DNA from: Polaromonas sp.
GTDB taxonomy: Bacteria > Pseudomonadota > Gammaproteobacteria > Burkholderiales > Burkholderiaceae_C
Assembly (NCBI GenBank): GCA_028291985.1
Contig: JAQGNE010000061.1
Span: 9,713-73,712, forward strand
Length of the DNA: 64,000 nucleotides
Direction of reading: 5' to 3'
Shown here: piece after piece, positions 63,758 through 64,000 of the stretch
Layout: every line of letters begins with the position of its first letter
Position numbering within the stretch: position 1 is the stretch's first letter
Program-made: the position numbers and the translations under genes
Notes under the pieces: generated by a model
Told to the model about the DNA's origin: nothing
The model's database searches: none
Seen by the model: only the letters and a program-made list of their open reading frames with translations

Positions 63758-64000
63758 TGCTGTTGGACTGATGACGAAATCATGGATGTGCATGCAGCCA
63801 GTTTGACAGCTGAAGCGGTCTTTCAATTCACCAATTCCGGACAAGCTCTGCCGTCCTACAGCAATACAGGCCATCAAGCGTGCTGTAGGCTCACTGCCTG
63901 TAACTGCCAGCAGCTAGCGATTCAAGCAACTACTGGACTTTTGCACGCGCGGGCCGCGTCACGCCTTTTTTAGCGGGTGCGGCCGGTGCAACACCTTGTG

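Noticed and set aside
63876-63928. Possible 11th copy of the 55-bp element (GTGCTGTAGGCTC...CAGCTAGCGATTCAAGCA)
   Set aside because: Stems do not pair and the tail is 2 nt short; cannot be separated from chance without a model score.

Overview
High-GC betaproteobacterial chromosomal segment; gene content and order are Comamonadaceae-like (inference). Mostly housekeeping: hrpA, cysB-family regulator, lptGF, pepA-holC, a Liv-type binding protein, tRNA-Ser(GGA), SPFH/NfeD, Orn/Lys/Arg decarboxylase, fabI, yejABEF, rimP-nusA-infB-rbfA-truB-typA, smpB/ratA/rnfH and guaBA. Accessory patches: GH2-galT-galK plus a frameshifted GNAT gene; a methyltransferase with a GH18 chitinase-like gene; and a post-guaA region with a GAF::PaiB chimeric remnant, a TadA-dehalogenase fusion, an MBL hydrolase, a cyclase-FHA gene and a large-subunit catalase. 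No transposase, integrase, phage gene, rRNA or CRISPR array was seen. Two signals stand out. (1) A dispersed 55-bp fixed-geometry double-dyad element with 10 copies, 5 intergenic and 5 read in frame inside hrpA, yejF, truB, an acyl-CoA hydrolase and ldcA; in truB and yejF it appears to replace native sequence rather than simply insert. (2) An intact katE-like catalase ORF whose distal catalytic His and Asn are replaced by Tyr and Cys.
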